Assembly: GCA_965206275.1 (NCBI GenBank)
Contig: OZ242203.1
Span: 761,894-825,893 of the forward strand
DNA length: 64,000 nt
Direction: 5' to 3'
From: Dehalococcoidia bacterium
GTDB lineage: Bacteria > Chloroflexota > Dehalococcoidia > UBA6926
The notes beneath the pieces were generated by a model that was given only the letters and a program-made list of their open reading frames with translations, was not told the origin of the DNA and made no database searches. Of this stretch, positions 10,227-19,496 are shown one piece after another. Positions within the stretch are counted from its first letter, which is position 1. Every line of letters begins with the position of its first letter. A program made the translations under genes and the position numbers.

Positions 10227-10813
10227 TCTGCGCTAGAAGGAGCGGCGGGCGGTGAATCTCCTGCATCTCGCCGCCACGCCGGAAACCGGCCCCGATCAAG
10301 CCGTGCTTGAGCGCGCGCCTCTGGCCCCTCTCAGTTGCACCCGAACCCTTCTGCGGTTACGGGCATCCTCTCTCTTATCAACCCCCGCTACGGAACAATC
10401 CGAACACTCACATCGCCCTGCCCCGGTCGTTCTCAGCCTTGAAGTCGACAGTCAGACCTCGACAGACGCTCCACCCGCTGTCACTCCTGCCTGTGTCAGG
10501 ACTATAGTCGCCCTCGCCTCGCTTGCGCGCAGGCGAAGAAATGGCCATGTCCCCCCCACCACATCGGAGTGCTGTGCCACGTCGCAGACGGCACGTTTGC
10601 AATTCAACGTGGAGAAGGTATGCGCACACCACGCCGCATCCACTCCTGAACAACTCACGCCATCTCACGAGACGGCGGTGCATGGACCGACCGTCATCCG
10701 CCATTCCCACAGACGCAGCCGTCCGAGATTACGGTCTGCGTGCCGACTGCCCCGACTACCCGACGCTCCAATTGACGTTGAAAATCCTTTCTTCGTTCAA
10801 TTGGAGGTAACTC

Positions 10814-11857
10814 ATTTCCCGATTACTCATCGGACTCATTGGAGTCCTGACACTACTGTCGGCAGCCGCCTGTCAGGCGGATTCTGATTCTCCGTCCACC
10901 ACTGACCCGACAGCGACAGAGACCGATACCAACGGCGAGCTTGTCGTCTATTCAGGCCGCAGTGAGAGCCTTGTCGCGCCGCTCATCGAGCAGTTCGCAG
11001 AGGCGAGCGGTATCGATGTCAGCGTCAAATACGGCAGCACGTCGGAGATAGCCGCCACCATCCTTGAGGAGGGCACGAACTCGCCCGCGGACATCTTCTT
11101 CGCCCAAGACCCGGGAGGGCTTGCCGCAGTGGAGTCCATGTTCGCAACACTGCCAAGCAACGTGCTGGATCGCGTTCCCGCCAACTTTCGCTCGCCGGAT
11201 GGCAAGTGGGTAGGACTATCGGGACGCGCGCGCGTCATCGTCTACAACACGGATCGGGTTTCGCCGGGCGACCTGCCGAGCGACCTGCGTGGATTCACAG
11301 ACCCGGAGTGGGAGGGCCGCATCGGTTGGCCGCCCACCAACGGCTCATTCCAGGCGATGGTGACTGCAATGCGTGTCGTCTGGGGCGAGGACGAGACCCG
11401 TGCCTGGCTTGAGGGAATCCAGGCGAACAATCCACAGATCTACCCCAAGAACACGCCTACGGTCGCGGCAGCCGGCGCGGGGGAAATCGACGTCGGATTC
11501 GTCAACCACTACTACCTGTACCGCTTCCTTGCCGAAGAGGGTGAGACGTTCGCTGCCCGCAACGCGCACCTCACAGGCGGCGGACCCGGCGCGATGGTCC
11601 TCGTCGCCGGAGCAGGCGTCCTTGACGGCGCGGACAACATCGACAACGCGATTCGATTCATCGAGTTCCTGTTGTCCACCGAAGCTCAGCAGTACTTCGC
11701 TGACGAGACATACGAATATCCCGTCGTGGAGGGTATAAGAGTCAATCCACTGCTCACCCCTCTCTCGGAAATCAACGCGCCGCAGATCGACATGGCTGAC
11801 CTCGGAGACCTCGAGGGCACAGTCGACCTTCTCCGTGATACGGGAATCCTTCCGTAA
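10814..11857 (+). CDS. ABC transporter substrate-binding lipoprotein of the Fe(3+)/FbpA-like family 1. The start is probably a non-canonical ATT at 10814.
   Basis: The reading frame is continuous from 10811 through ORF 11129-11857. It has a lipoprotein signal (LLIGLIGVLTLLSAAAC) and GGAGG lies 6 nt before the ATT at 10814. No ATG, GTG or TTG follows the upstream stop in this frame. The mature domain resembles FbpA/AfuA. Confidence 0.65.
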   Translation: MSRLLIGLIGVLTLLSAAACQADSDSPSTTDPTATETDTNGELVVYSGRSESLVAPLIEQFAEASGIDVSVKYGSTSEIAATILEEGTNSPADIFFAQDPGGLAAVESMFATLPSNVLDRVPANFRSPDGKWVGLSGRARVIVYNTDRVSPGDLPSDLRGFTDPEWEGRIGWPPTNGSFQAMVTAMRVVWGEDETRAWLEGIQANNPQIYPKNTPTVAAAGAGEIDVGFVNHYYLYRFLAEEGETFAARNAHLTGGGPGAMVLVAGAGVLDGADNIDNAIRFIEFLLSTEAQQYFADETYEYPVVEGIRVNPLLTPLSEINAPQIDMADLGDLEGTVDLLRDTGILP

Positions 11858-13488
11858 TGAGCGGCACGGCAGCCACAGTTCGCAGGATCAGGGCGATCCG
11901 GCGTCAACGACGCTGGCCGCCGTTCACGCTCAGTCTCACCACGTCCATCATCGGCTTCGCGCTCCTCTTACCCATCATCTACCTGTTCATCCGAACGCTC
12001 GACGCAGGTCTGGATTCGCTTGCAGACCTTCTGCTCAGGCCAAGAACGGCGGCAATCATCGTGCGCAGCATGGCGCTGGTCATCATTGTCTCCGGCGGAT
12101 CAGCAGTGCTCGCATTGGCCCTGGGCTGGCTCATCGAGCGCACGGATCTGCCGTTCAGACGCTTGTGGAGCATCGTGACGGTCCTCCCACTCGTCATACC
12201 CAGCTACATCATGGCCTTCCTGTTCATCTCCGTCTTTGCCCCGCGCGGCATGGTGCAGCGAATCTTCGCGGAACCGTTCGGCATACAGGAGATACCCTCG
12301 TTCTACGGCCTGCCCGGCGCGGCCATCGTCCTGATCCTCGTGTCGTACCCGTACACACTGCTAACCGTTCGGGCGGCTTTGAGGGGATCGGGACGCGCGC
12401 TGGAAGAAGCCTCCCGAACACTGGGCAAAGGCCCGTGGGAGACGTTCATGCGCGTGACCTTGCCGCAGATGCGGCCCGCGCTGGCCTCCGGCAGCTTGCT
12501 GGTCGCTCTCTACACGATCAGCGACTTCGGCGCCGTGTCCCTGATGCGCTATGAGACGTTCACGTGGGCGATTTATCTCCAGTACACAAGCTACGTTGAC
12601 CGCACCGCTGCCGCTGCGCTCTCCCTCGTCCTCGTGGGACTCGCCGTCATCCTGTTCCTGACGGAAACCACGGCGCACGGAGACCGCCCCTTGGAAGAGA
12701 CACACCAGGCGGAGATGGGCGGAGCAGACTCGCCGTCCGTCCCGCTCGGCCCGTGGAAGTATCCGGCGCTGGGACTGTGCTCACTCGTTGGCGTCTTTGC
12801 CCTGCTCGTCCCAATGGCCGTGCTTTTGTTCTGGCTGGTTCGCGGTATCGGCGCAGGACAAGAGCTGAGCGTGGTGTGGGGACCGGCGATCAATTCAGCG
12901 CTGGTATCCTCGTTGGCGGCGGTCGCCGCGGTCTTTGTTGCCCTGCCCGTCGTGGTTCTCGCCGTGCGATTTCCCGGCCGTTTCAGTGTGCTCATCGACC
13001 GCGTCAGCCACGTCGGATTTGCGTTGCCCGGCATCGTCATCGCCCTCGCGCTCGTCTTTTTCGGTTCAAGGCTCGCCCCGGCGCTCTACCAGACACACGC
13101 CATGCTGGTGATCGCGTACGTGATCCTCTTCCTACCAATTGCGATGGGGCCGGTGCGGACGTCACTGCTGCAGGTCAATCCTCGCTTGGAGGAAGCGGGA
13201 CGAACGCTCGGCCATCGCCCCCTCACCGTTTTCCGTACAATTACAGTGCCGTTGTTGCGCCCCGGCATCCTGGCCGGAGGCGCGCTCGTATTCCTCACAG
13301 CGATGAAGGAGCTTCCTGCAACCTTGCTCTTGAGCCCGCTTGATTTCAGCAGTCTGGGAACGACAATCTGGGCCGCGAGCTCAGAGGCGTTCTTCGCCCA
13401 AGCCGCCCTGCCCGCCCTGCTGCTCATCGCGATTTCCGCAATCCCAATGATCTTCCTCATCGGCCGCGGCAGGAGCCAACAGGCATGA
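11857..13488 (+). CDS. ABC transporter permease with two tandem transmembrane domains (FbpB-like).
   Basis: The 543-aa protein has two tandem permease halves. Its start overlaps the substrate-binding-protein stop (TAATG). Confidence 0.85.
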   Translation: MSGTAATVRRIRAIRRQRRWPPFTLSLTTSIIGFALLLPIIYLFIRTLDAGLDSLADLLLRPRTAAIIVRSMALVIIVSGGSAVLALALGWLIERTDLPFRRLWSIVTVLPLVIPSYIMAFLFISVFAPRGMVQRIFAEPFGIQEIPSFYGLPGAAIVLILVSYPYTLLTVRAALRGSGRALEEASRTLGKGPWETFMRVTLPQMRPALASGSLLVALYTISDFGAVSLMRYETFTWAIYLQYTSYVDRTAAAALSLVLVGLAVILFLTETTAHGDRPLEETHQAEMGGADSPSVPLGPWKYPALGLCSLVGVFALLVPMAVLLFWLVRGIGAGQELSVVWGPAINSALVSSLAAVAAVFVALPVVVLAVRFPGRFSVLIDRVSHVGFALPGIVIALALVFFGSRLAPALYQTHAMLVIAYVILFLPIAMGPVRTSLLQVNPRLEEAGRTLGHRPLTVFRTITVPLLRPGILAGGALVFLTAMKELPATLLLSPLDFSSLGTTIWAASSEAFFAQAALPALLLIAISAIPMIFLIGRGRSQQA

Positions 13489-14573
13489 CAAGCACCGAAC
13501 ACCCATCTCGCGTCATGCTCCGCTGCGTTGGCATGACGAAACAATATTTCCCCTCCCGCGCAGGAGCCCACGACGTTTCCCTTGAAGTCACGGAGGGGCA
13601 GATCCTCGCGCTCGTCGGACCAAGCGGCTGCGGCAAGACCACGCTGCTGCGCGTCATCGCAGGTTTGGAAAGCCCTGATGAGGGAACGATCGAGGTCGAC
13701 GGCAGGACGGTCACAGGGCACGGGGTCTTCGTACAGCCGGAATTCCGCAGCGTCGGTTTCGTGTTTCAGGACTATGCCCTCTTCCCGCACATGACGGTGG
13801 AATCCAACATCGCCTACGGCCTGCCGGGCAACGCCCCCAATCGCGAGCAGCGCGTTAATGAGTTGCTCGATCTCGTCAATCTTTCGGACCGTCGAAACAG
13901 GCGGCCCCACGAACTCTCCGGCGGCGAGCGGCAGAGGGTGGCTCTCGCCCGCGCGCTCGCGCCATCACCCAAGATTCTCCTGATGGACGAGCCGTTCTCG
14001 AACCTCGACCCCAACCTGAGCGCCCGCCTGCAGCTGGAGGTGCGTGAAATCCTGCATGAGGCAGGTATAACAGTCGTGTTCGTCACGCACGATCAGGAAG
14101 CGGCGCTGTCCATGGGTGATGTCATCGCCGTCATGGATCGGGGGCGCATCCAGCAGGTCGGCGCGCCGGACCTGGCATTCCACAGCCCCGTCAACCGTTT
14201 CGTCGCCGCGTTCCTTGGAGAGGCTGACTTCATTCCGGCGGAGCCGACGGCGGTTGAATCACGAGTGTTGACGGAGCTCGGGGAGGCTGAGGTGAGCAGC
14301 GCGTTGACGCTTGATGGCGAAACCGCCATGGACTTGATGGTAAGGCCGGAAGATCTGTCCATCAGTGCGGATGACATCGGAAACGGTCGCGTTATTGGAC
14401 GAATCTTCAGCGGCGCATTCTACGCCTACAACGTGGAGTTGGACTCCGGGGTTGTATGCCGCGCCATGGCCTCTCACGCAACCGCTATTGATGTTGGCGC
14501 ACGCGTAACTCTCCGCATCGACGCAGGCCACCCCCTGCCCATCTTCCCCCGGGAGCCTGCCCGTTCCCCCTGA
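13485..14573 (+). CDS. ABC transporter ATP-binding protein (FbpC/PotA-like, with a C-terminal TOBE-like extension).
   Basis: Walker A GPSGCGKTT, signature LSGGERQRVALAR and Walker B LLMDEP are present. The ATG overlaps the permease stop (ATGA). Confidence 0.9.
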   Translation: MTSTEHPSRVMLRCVGMTKQYFPSRAGAHDVSLEVTEGQILALVGPSGCGKTTLLRVIAGLESPDEGTIEVDGRTVTGHGVFVQPEFRSVGFVFQDYALFPHMTVESNIAYGLPGNAPNREQRVNELLDLVNLSDRRNRRPHELSGGERQRVALARALAPSPKILLMDEPFSNLDPNLSARLQLEVREILHEAGITVVFVTHDQEAALSMGDVIAVMDRGRIQQVGAPDLAFHSPVNRFVAAFLGEADFIPAEPTAVESRVLTELGEAEVSSALTLDGETAMDLMVRPEDLSISADDIGNGRVIGRIFSGAFYAYNVELDSGVVCRAMASHATAIDVGARVTLRIDAGHPLPIFPREPARSP

Positions 14574-14587
14574 GTGCCCATACTCCG

Positions 14588-14617
14588 TTCGCCCTGAGCT
14601 TGTCGAAGGGCGAGCTC
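14588..14617. repeat. REP-like hairpin element with the core TGAGCTTGTCGAA.
   Basis: The sequence gttcGCCCtgagcttgtcgaaGGGCgagc recurs with variation at 35590-35620 and 54953-54986. Confidence 0.5.
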
Positions 14618-14653
14618 ATCCCAACCTAACTTGCCTCACACAATGGCGGCTAC

Positions 14654-14659
14654 TATAAT
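14654..14659 (+). promoter_or_regulatory. Candidate sigma-70 -10 box (TATAAT) upstream of the first FmdB gene.
   Basis: A perfect TATAAT sits 24 nt upstream of the ATG at 14683. Confidence 0.3.
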
Positions 14660-14682
14660 CCGCTACACGGAGGCACACGGAA

Positions 14683-14913
14683 ATGCCCATCTTTGAATAC
14701 GGCTGCAAGACCTGCGGACACGGCTTTGACAAGTTCGTTCGCGGCTACAACACGCCCGTCGACGTGACCTGCCCTACCTGCGACAGCGAAGAGGTTGAGC
14801 GCAAGATGTCCGCCGTCGGCGTCACGGGTGTCTGGCAGAGCAACGCTCCCCAATTCGAGATGCCCAAGCCCCAGCGCGTACACCCGGACGACCCGTTCCG
14901 CTGCATCGCCTAA
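14683..14913 (+). CDS. FmdB family zinc-ribbon protein (76 aa).
   Basis: It has the MPIFEYxCxxCGxxF...CPxC architecture typical of FmdB putative regulatory proteins. Confidence 0.75.
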   Translation: MPIFEYGCKTCGHGFDKFVRGYNTPVDVTCPTCDSEEVERKMSAVGVTGVWQSNAPQFEMPKPQRVHPDDPFRCIA

Positions 14914-14937
14914 GTTAAGCCTCGGCGGGCTTGAGCA

Positions 14938-15168
14938 ATGCCCCTCTTTGAATACGAATGCCACACATGTGATGGTCGTTTTGAGAAACTGATCCGTAGC
15001 ATCAACGCAGAACCGGGCGAGGTTGAATGCCCCGGCTGCGGCTCCAAGGACACCCAGAGGGTCATCTCACAGTTCGGCGTCACCAGCAGCAGCTCGGATC
15101 TCGGCTTTGGATTCCCCGGCATGGCCGGTGGTGGCAGTCCCGCGGGCCACGTCCACGGCCCCGGTTGA
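14938..15168 (+). CDS. FmdB family zinc-ribbon protein (76 aa), a tandem paralog with a Gly-rich tail.
   Basis: MPLFEYECHTC...CPGC. It is a paralog of 14683-14913. Confidence 0.75.
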   Translation: MPLFEYECHTCDGRFEKLIRSINAEPGEVECPGCGSKDTQRVISQFGVTSSSSDLGFGFPGMAGGGSPAGHVHGPG

Positions 15169-15213
15169 ACCACTTGAAGCGGCTAAGTGCTTAACGCCCC
15201 GTGCGGGCGTGTC

Positions 15214-16038
15214 CTAGTAGTCCCCCGGCGTCCACAGATGCGTGGATGTTGCTGGGCGGCGAGTCATCAGTTCACGAATGGCGGCGTGGGTCGTCGGCCC
15301 CGCCGCGATAACGCCGTCAATCAGCGTGTCCCTCTGATTGAACTGCATGGGACGCCCACCCAGGTCCGTCACCACGCCGCCCGCCGCCTCTACAAGCAGC
15401 GCTCCGGCGGCAACGTCCCATTCATTCTTCGGCTCCAGGCTGATAACCGCATCCGCTTTGCCTGCTGCAACGAGCGCCATCTTGTACGCGATGGAGCCAA
15501 TTGTTCGCACCTTGAATGATGCGCCACGAAAACGATGCCACGAACCCCATCGAACCTCGCTCCGCGACGCAAGAATCGTCACGTCTGAGGACAGTTCTTC
15601 ATGGTCGGTCACACGCGTACCGTCACTGTTGAGCGTGGCCGTGCCGCCACGTTCTGCGAGATACGTCTCTTCCGCCCACGGGTTCAGGATTCCCGCGGCA
15701 GCGATCTCCCCGTCCACGGATAGCCCGACGGACACGCACCACTCGGCTTGTCCCGCAAGGAAGCCCCGCGTACCGTCGATGGGATCGACAACCCACACGC
15801 GCTCCATGCCAATGCGATGGCCATCATCATGGGTTTCCTCTGACAACCACCCCTCTCCGGGACGAACGAGCGCTTTATGCAAGAGTTCATCGAGAGCGTG
15901 GTCGGCCTCCGTCACCGGGCCGTCCCAGCCCTTGTGCTGCACATACACCGAAGATGGCGAGAACGTGCTGGCAAGCTCGGCAGACTCCTCCAGCGCGGCC
16001 GCAATCCGACCTACATCTGTGTCTCCGTCGCTGGTCAT
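15214..16038 (-). CDS. Inositol monophosphatase family protein (IMPase/SuhB-like).
   Basis: It has the WVVDPIDGTRGF metal-binding motif and the IMPase fold. It lies 28 bp downstream of the VWA gene on the same strand. Confidence 0.8.
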   Translation of the reverse strand: MTSDGDTDVGRIAAALEESAELASTFSPSSVYVQHKGWDGPVTEADHALDELLHKALVRPGEGWLSEETHDDGHRIGMERVWVVDPIDGTRGFLAGQAEWCVSVGLSVDGEIAAAGILNPWAEETYLAERGGTATLNSDGTRVTDHEELSSDVTILASRSEVRWGSWHRFRGASFKVRTIGSIAYKMALVAAGKADAVISLEPKNEWDVAAGALLVEAAGGVVTDLGGRPMQFNQRDTLIDGVIAAGPTTHAAIRELMTRRPATSTHLWTPGDY

Positions 16039-16066
16039 GCCGTACTACGTGAAGTGATAATGGGCA

Positions 16067-18370
16067 TCAGGACGCGATGGCGCTGCGCTTGTTGTTCAGG
16101 TAATCGACAAGCACGTATTGCCCCAGCTTGTCCGGCTGCGTAAAGAATGCCCGCCCCCGGTTGAGCCGCGTCATCTGCCGCACGAAATTAACCAGGTAGT
16201 ACGCCATCTCCAGCATGAACACGTTGATGGTGATGCCCTCCTGCGTGCAGCGCTTGACCTCGCGCAGCGTCATATCGATGGTGCGCTGGCTGGGCGGATA
16301 CGTGAAATAGGGCGTCCCTCCCTCAAGGTGCGCCGTTGGCTCGCCGTCCGTGACCATGATCACCTGCCGCGTGCTGGAGCGGTGCTTGTTGAGCAGCTGG
16401 CGTGAGATCATCAGCGCGTGCTGCATATTCGTGCCGGGTGAATAACCGCCCCACGTCGCCTTGATCAACTCATCGCCCTTGAGCTCCCATGCGTAGTCGG
16501 CAAACCCGACCACGTACAGGTTGTCGCGTGGGAACTGCATCTTGATGAGCGTGTGGAGGGCCAGCGCCATACGCTTGGCGGCGTCAAAGCTCCCGCTGAT
16601 GGCCATTGACCGGCTCTGATCCAGCAGAATCACCGTGCTCGCCTGCGTCAGCGCCTCGTCGCGATAAACCTCGAAATCGTCAGGGGCGATGGTAAGCGGC
16701 GTCCCGGGGCCGCTCCGCATGACGGCATTCTTCACCGTCCGCGACATGTGGACGTCAAAGTGGTCCCCGAATTCATAGATCTTCGTGGACTCCTCATCCT
16801 TCTCGCCGAAGAGGCCGTTCTTGCGCATCTCATGCGCCCCAATACCGGCGCTCCGCAGCCGGTTAAAGATGTCCTTGAGGGCCTTTTCGCCGATCTTGCG
16901 GATGCCCCGGGGCGTCAACTCCAGCTTGTCGCCGTTCTTGCGGATGTAGCCCGCCTTCTCAAGCTGCTCTTGCAGCTGCCGCAGCCAATCAAGATCACGC
17001 GCGGCATCCTCACCAATGAGGTTCTCTACCTGCTCTCTGTCGATTTCATCGATGTCGCCCCGGCGCTCGGCGGCCCGCAACTGCGCCTCAAGATCATCGA
17101 TCTGCTGAAGCTGATCCATCAGTCGCATGGCTTCTTGCAACGACAGCGACTCATCACCGGCGAACGGATAGTTCTGCCGCATCTCCTGCATGGGCATCAG
17201 CGATTCCATGAGCGATGAGAGTTCGGCCATCTCCTGCATGAGTTCAGGGTCGTTGAGTGCCGCCTCCATCGTCTCCTGCAGCTGTTGGCGCATTTCCTCA
17301 GGCAGGCTGTCCATCAACGACTGGAATTGCGACATCTGCTCCATCAGCCGATCCAGCAGTTCGTCGATATCGCGGGGTGGGTTGTCGCCAAACATCTGGC
17401 CCCACTTATCTATGAACTCATCGAACTTGGGATCATTCCCCTGGGCGTAGTCGCGCAGCATGTCGTTCAGGTCGCGCATCATCTGCCTGTTTGCTTCCAT
17501 CTGCTCAGGCGTGATGTTCTGCATCTGCTGCATCATGTTCTGCATGTAGGACTGCGCGGCCTGCTGGCGGAGCGAATCCAGCAGTTCCTGGAACTTCTCC
17601 CGCGCATCTTCGTCCATGAAGTCGTAGTCGCTGAGTTCCTTGATTGCTCCACCTGGATCATTGGGCAGCGAGTCCATGAAGTCCATCTTGCGCTGCGCCA
17701 TATTCTCCAGCGCCTGCGCCGTCATGCGGTCCATGCCCTGCCCGCGCTGTGAGCGCTGCCCCGCGCCTTGCTGTTGCTGATCGCCCTGCTGGCCGCCGGA
17801 CTGCTGGCCGTCTTGCTGACCGGACTCGGAACCGTCCTCGTTGTCCTGCCCCTGCCGGCCGCCGCTGTTCAACTCACGCTCAAGCTGCTCCAAGAATCGT
17901 TGAAGCTCTTCCTCCGCCGCCTGCCGACCTGAGCCGGGCTGCATGTTGTCCGAGTCCTGCTGAGAGGATTGGCCATCCTGCGATTCCGACGGCGCGTTAC
18001 CGCCGTCCTGCTCGGCATCAGGCGCGTCCCGCATCGCATCCTGCGCGTCCTGCATCCGCTGTTCGAGGGTGTCCCGCTCGAGGTCGCGGATCTCCTGAAG
18101 CTTCTCGCGGATTCCATCCAGTACGGAGTTCAGGTCATAACGATCCATGTAGTCCTGACGTTGTTGGCGGAGACGTTCTGTCATCTGGCGAATGCCGTCG
18201 ATATTCCGCCCGTCCTGCATGTCGTAGCCGCGCATCATCATGCGGCGCAGGGCGCGGCGTATATCCCCGTGGGAAGCGAGGTCGTCCGAGATGGCCTCCA
18301 TCAGGTCCTCCGGCGCTGCGCCGAAAGGCTCCTGCGTGTTATCCCACCGGCCGTATCGAAAAATCGGCAT
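16067..18370 (-). CDS. VWA (von Willebrand factor A) domain protein with a roughly 450-aa Q/E/D/M-rich low-complexity middle region.
   Basis: The C-terminal VWA domain contains the MIDAS-like D-x-S-x-S motif (DQSRSM). The ATG at 18370 (MPIFRYGRW) is preferred, with GAGGG upstream. The ORF track extends the frame to 18427. Confidence 0.75.
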   Translation of the reverse strand: MPIFRYGRWDNTQEPFGAAPEDLMEAISDDLASHGDIRRALRRMMMRGYDMQDGRNIDGIRQMTERLRQQRQDYMDRYDLNSVLDGIREKLQEIRDLERDTLEQRMQDAQDAMRDAPDAEQDGGNAPSESQDGQSSQQDSDNMQPGSGRQAAEEELQRFLEQLERELNSGGRQGQDNEDGSESGQQDGQQSGGQQGDQQQQGAGQRSQRGQGMDRMTAQALENMAQRKMDFMDSLPNDPGGAIKELSDYDFMDEDAREKFQELLDSLRQQAAQSYMQNMMQQMQNITPEQMEANRQMMRDLNDMLRDYAQGNDPKFDEFIDKWGQMFGDNPPRDIDELLDRLMEQMSQFQSLMDSLPEEMRQQLQETMEAALNDPELMQEMAELSSLMESLMPMQEMRQNYPFAGDESLSLQEAMRLMDQLQQIDDLEAQLRAAERRGDIDEIDREQVENLIGEDAARDLDWLRQLQEQLEKAGYIRKNGDKLELTPRGIRKIGEKALKDIFNRLRSAGIGAHEMRKNGLFGEKDEESTKIYEFGDHFDVHMSRTVKNAVMRSGPGTPLTIAPDDFEVYRDEALTQASTVILLDQSRSMAISGSFDAAKRMALALHTLIKMQFPRDNLYVVGFADYAWELKGDELIKATWGGYSPGTNMQHALMISRQLLNKHRSSTRQVIMVTDGEPTAHLEGGTPYFTYPPSQRTIDMTLREVKRCTQEGITINVFMLEMAYYLVNFVRQMTRLNRGRAFFTQPDKLGQYVLVDYLNNKRSAIAS

Positions 18371-18525
18371 CGGAGTCACCCTCACCAGAACGGGCTTTCG
18401 AAGCGCCGTCGTTCCCCTTTTCCCCATCGCTCAGCTTTCGGCCAATCATACCTTGCCAGCTATCCCCCCGCCAAACGCCCCCGCTCTACCCCACTCGCCC
18501 ACAAATGCGCTACAATCGTCTCTGT

Positions 18526-18643
18526 CCCGGTGACTCTGGCGAAGCGGACCCACCCGTTCCCATCCCGAACACGGAAGTGAAACGTTTCAGCGCCGACGAT
18601 ACTGGAGGGGCAGCCCTCTGTGGAAAATAGGTCGTTGCCGGGG
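18526..18643 (+). rRNA. rrf: 5S ribosomal RNA, unlinked to any 23S gene.
   Basis: It matches the 5S consensus (CCCGTTCCCATCCCGAACACGGAAGTGAAAC...GCGCCGA-GATACTGG). Helix I closes between 18526-18534 and 18634-18642. A TACAAT element sits about 10 nt upstream and a T-rich tract follows the gene. Confidence 0.85.
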
Positions 18644-18668
18644 CTTTTTCTTTGCCCATAATTCTGTA

Positions 18669-19496
18669 ATGACTAACCAACCCGAGAACCCACAGACACC
18701 GGCGGGCGCATTCCGCCCCGGTGACCTCGTCCTGCTCACCGACCGCAAGCGCCGCAAGTACCTCGTCACGCTCAGAGAGGGCGGCGAGTTCCACTCTCAC
18801 GCAGGCATCATCCTTCATGACGACATGATCGGCCGGCCGGAGGGCACCGAATTCAGAACCTCCCAACGTGGCGGTGTCTACCTCGCGCTGCGGCCCACAC
18901 TCGGCGACTACATCCTGACGATGAAACGCGGCGCGACACCCATCTACCCAAAGGACATCGGCGCGATTCTCACCTATGCGGACATTCGCCCCGGCGCGCG
19001 GGTCGTTGAGGCGGGCATCGGCTCGGGCGCGCTGACCATAGCCCTGCTGCAGGCCGTTGGCGACTCCGGCCACGTCTATTCCTACGAGACCCGTGAAGAT
19101 TTCGCCAAGCTGGCGCAGAGCAACGTCTCCGACTTTCTCCCCGATGACTCAGCCGGTCGGCTCACCGTCCACGTCTCTGACATCTACGCGGACGGCATCA
19201 AGGAGTCAGATGTGGATCGAGTTGTGTTGGACTTGCCTGAGCCGTCGCGCGTCATTTCCCATGCGCGGAACGCGATGCGGCCGGGCGGAATCTTTTTGGC
19301 CTTTGTTCCAACCACCTTGCAGCTGCACCGGCTCTGGCAAGACCTGGACGCCGACCCCGTATTCGATCTGATCGAACAGTTTGAGATCGCCCTCCGTGCT
19401 TGGGACGCCGGCCCAAACACGCTACGCCCCGCGCACCGCATGGTCGCCCACACTGGCTTCATCACGACAGCCCGCCGCTTGGCGAACCCCGCCTAG
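18669..19496 (+). CDS. trmI: tRNA (adenine58-N1)-methyltransferase (TrmI/Gcd14 family).
   Basis: It has the TrmI N-terminal beta-domain and a class I MTase motif (VVEAGIGSGALT). Its ATG lies only 25 nt after the 5S 3' end. Confidence 0.8.
   Translation: MTNQPENPQTPAGAFRPGDLVLLTDRKRRKYLVTLREGGEFHSHAGIILHDDMIGRPEGTEFRTSQRGGVYLALRPTLGDYILTMKRGATPIYPKDIGAILTYADIRPGARVVEAGIGSGALTIALLQAVGDSGHVYSYETREDFAKLAQSNVSDFLPDDSAGRLTVHVSDIYADGIKESDVDRVVLDLPEPSRVISHARNAMRPGGIFLAFVPTTLQLHRLWQDLDADPVFDLIEQFEIALRAWDAGPNTLRPAHRMVAHTGFITTARRLANPA

Noticed and set aside
10240-10810. A possible TPP riboswitch, considered because the ABC operon could be a thiamine ThiBPQ system.
   Set aside because: No CTGAGA or ACCTGATCTGGATAATGCCAGCG-like TPP-riboswitch core is present on the plus strand. 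The ATPase has a TOBE-like extension typical of FbpC/PotA rather than ThiQ.
10252-10887. A 211-aa ORF in the leader of the ABC operon.
   Set aside because: It has a Pro/Ser/Thr/Arg-rich low-complexity translation, no RBS, and it overlaps the true reading frame of the substrate-binding lipoprotein.
17749-18630. A 293-aa plus-strand ORF that overlaps the VWA gene and runs into the 5S rRNA.
   Set aside because: It overlaps a structural RNA and is antisense to a real gene. The translation is Pro/Arg/Ala low complexity.
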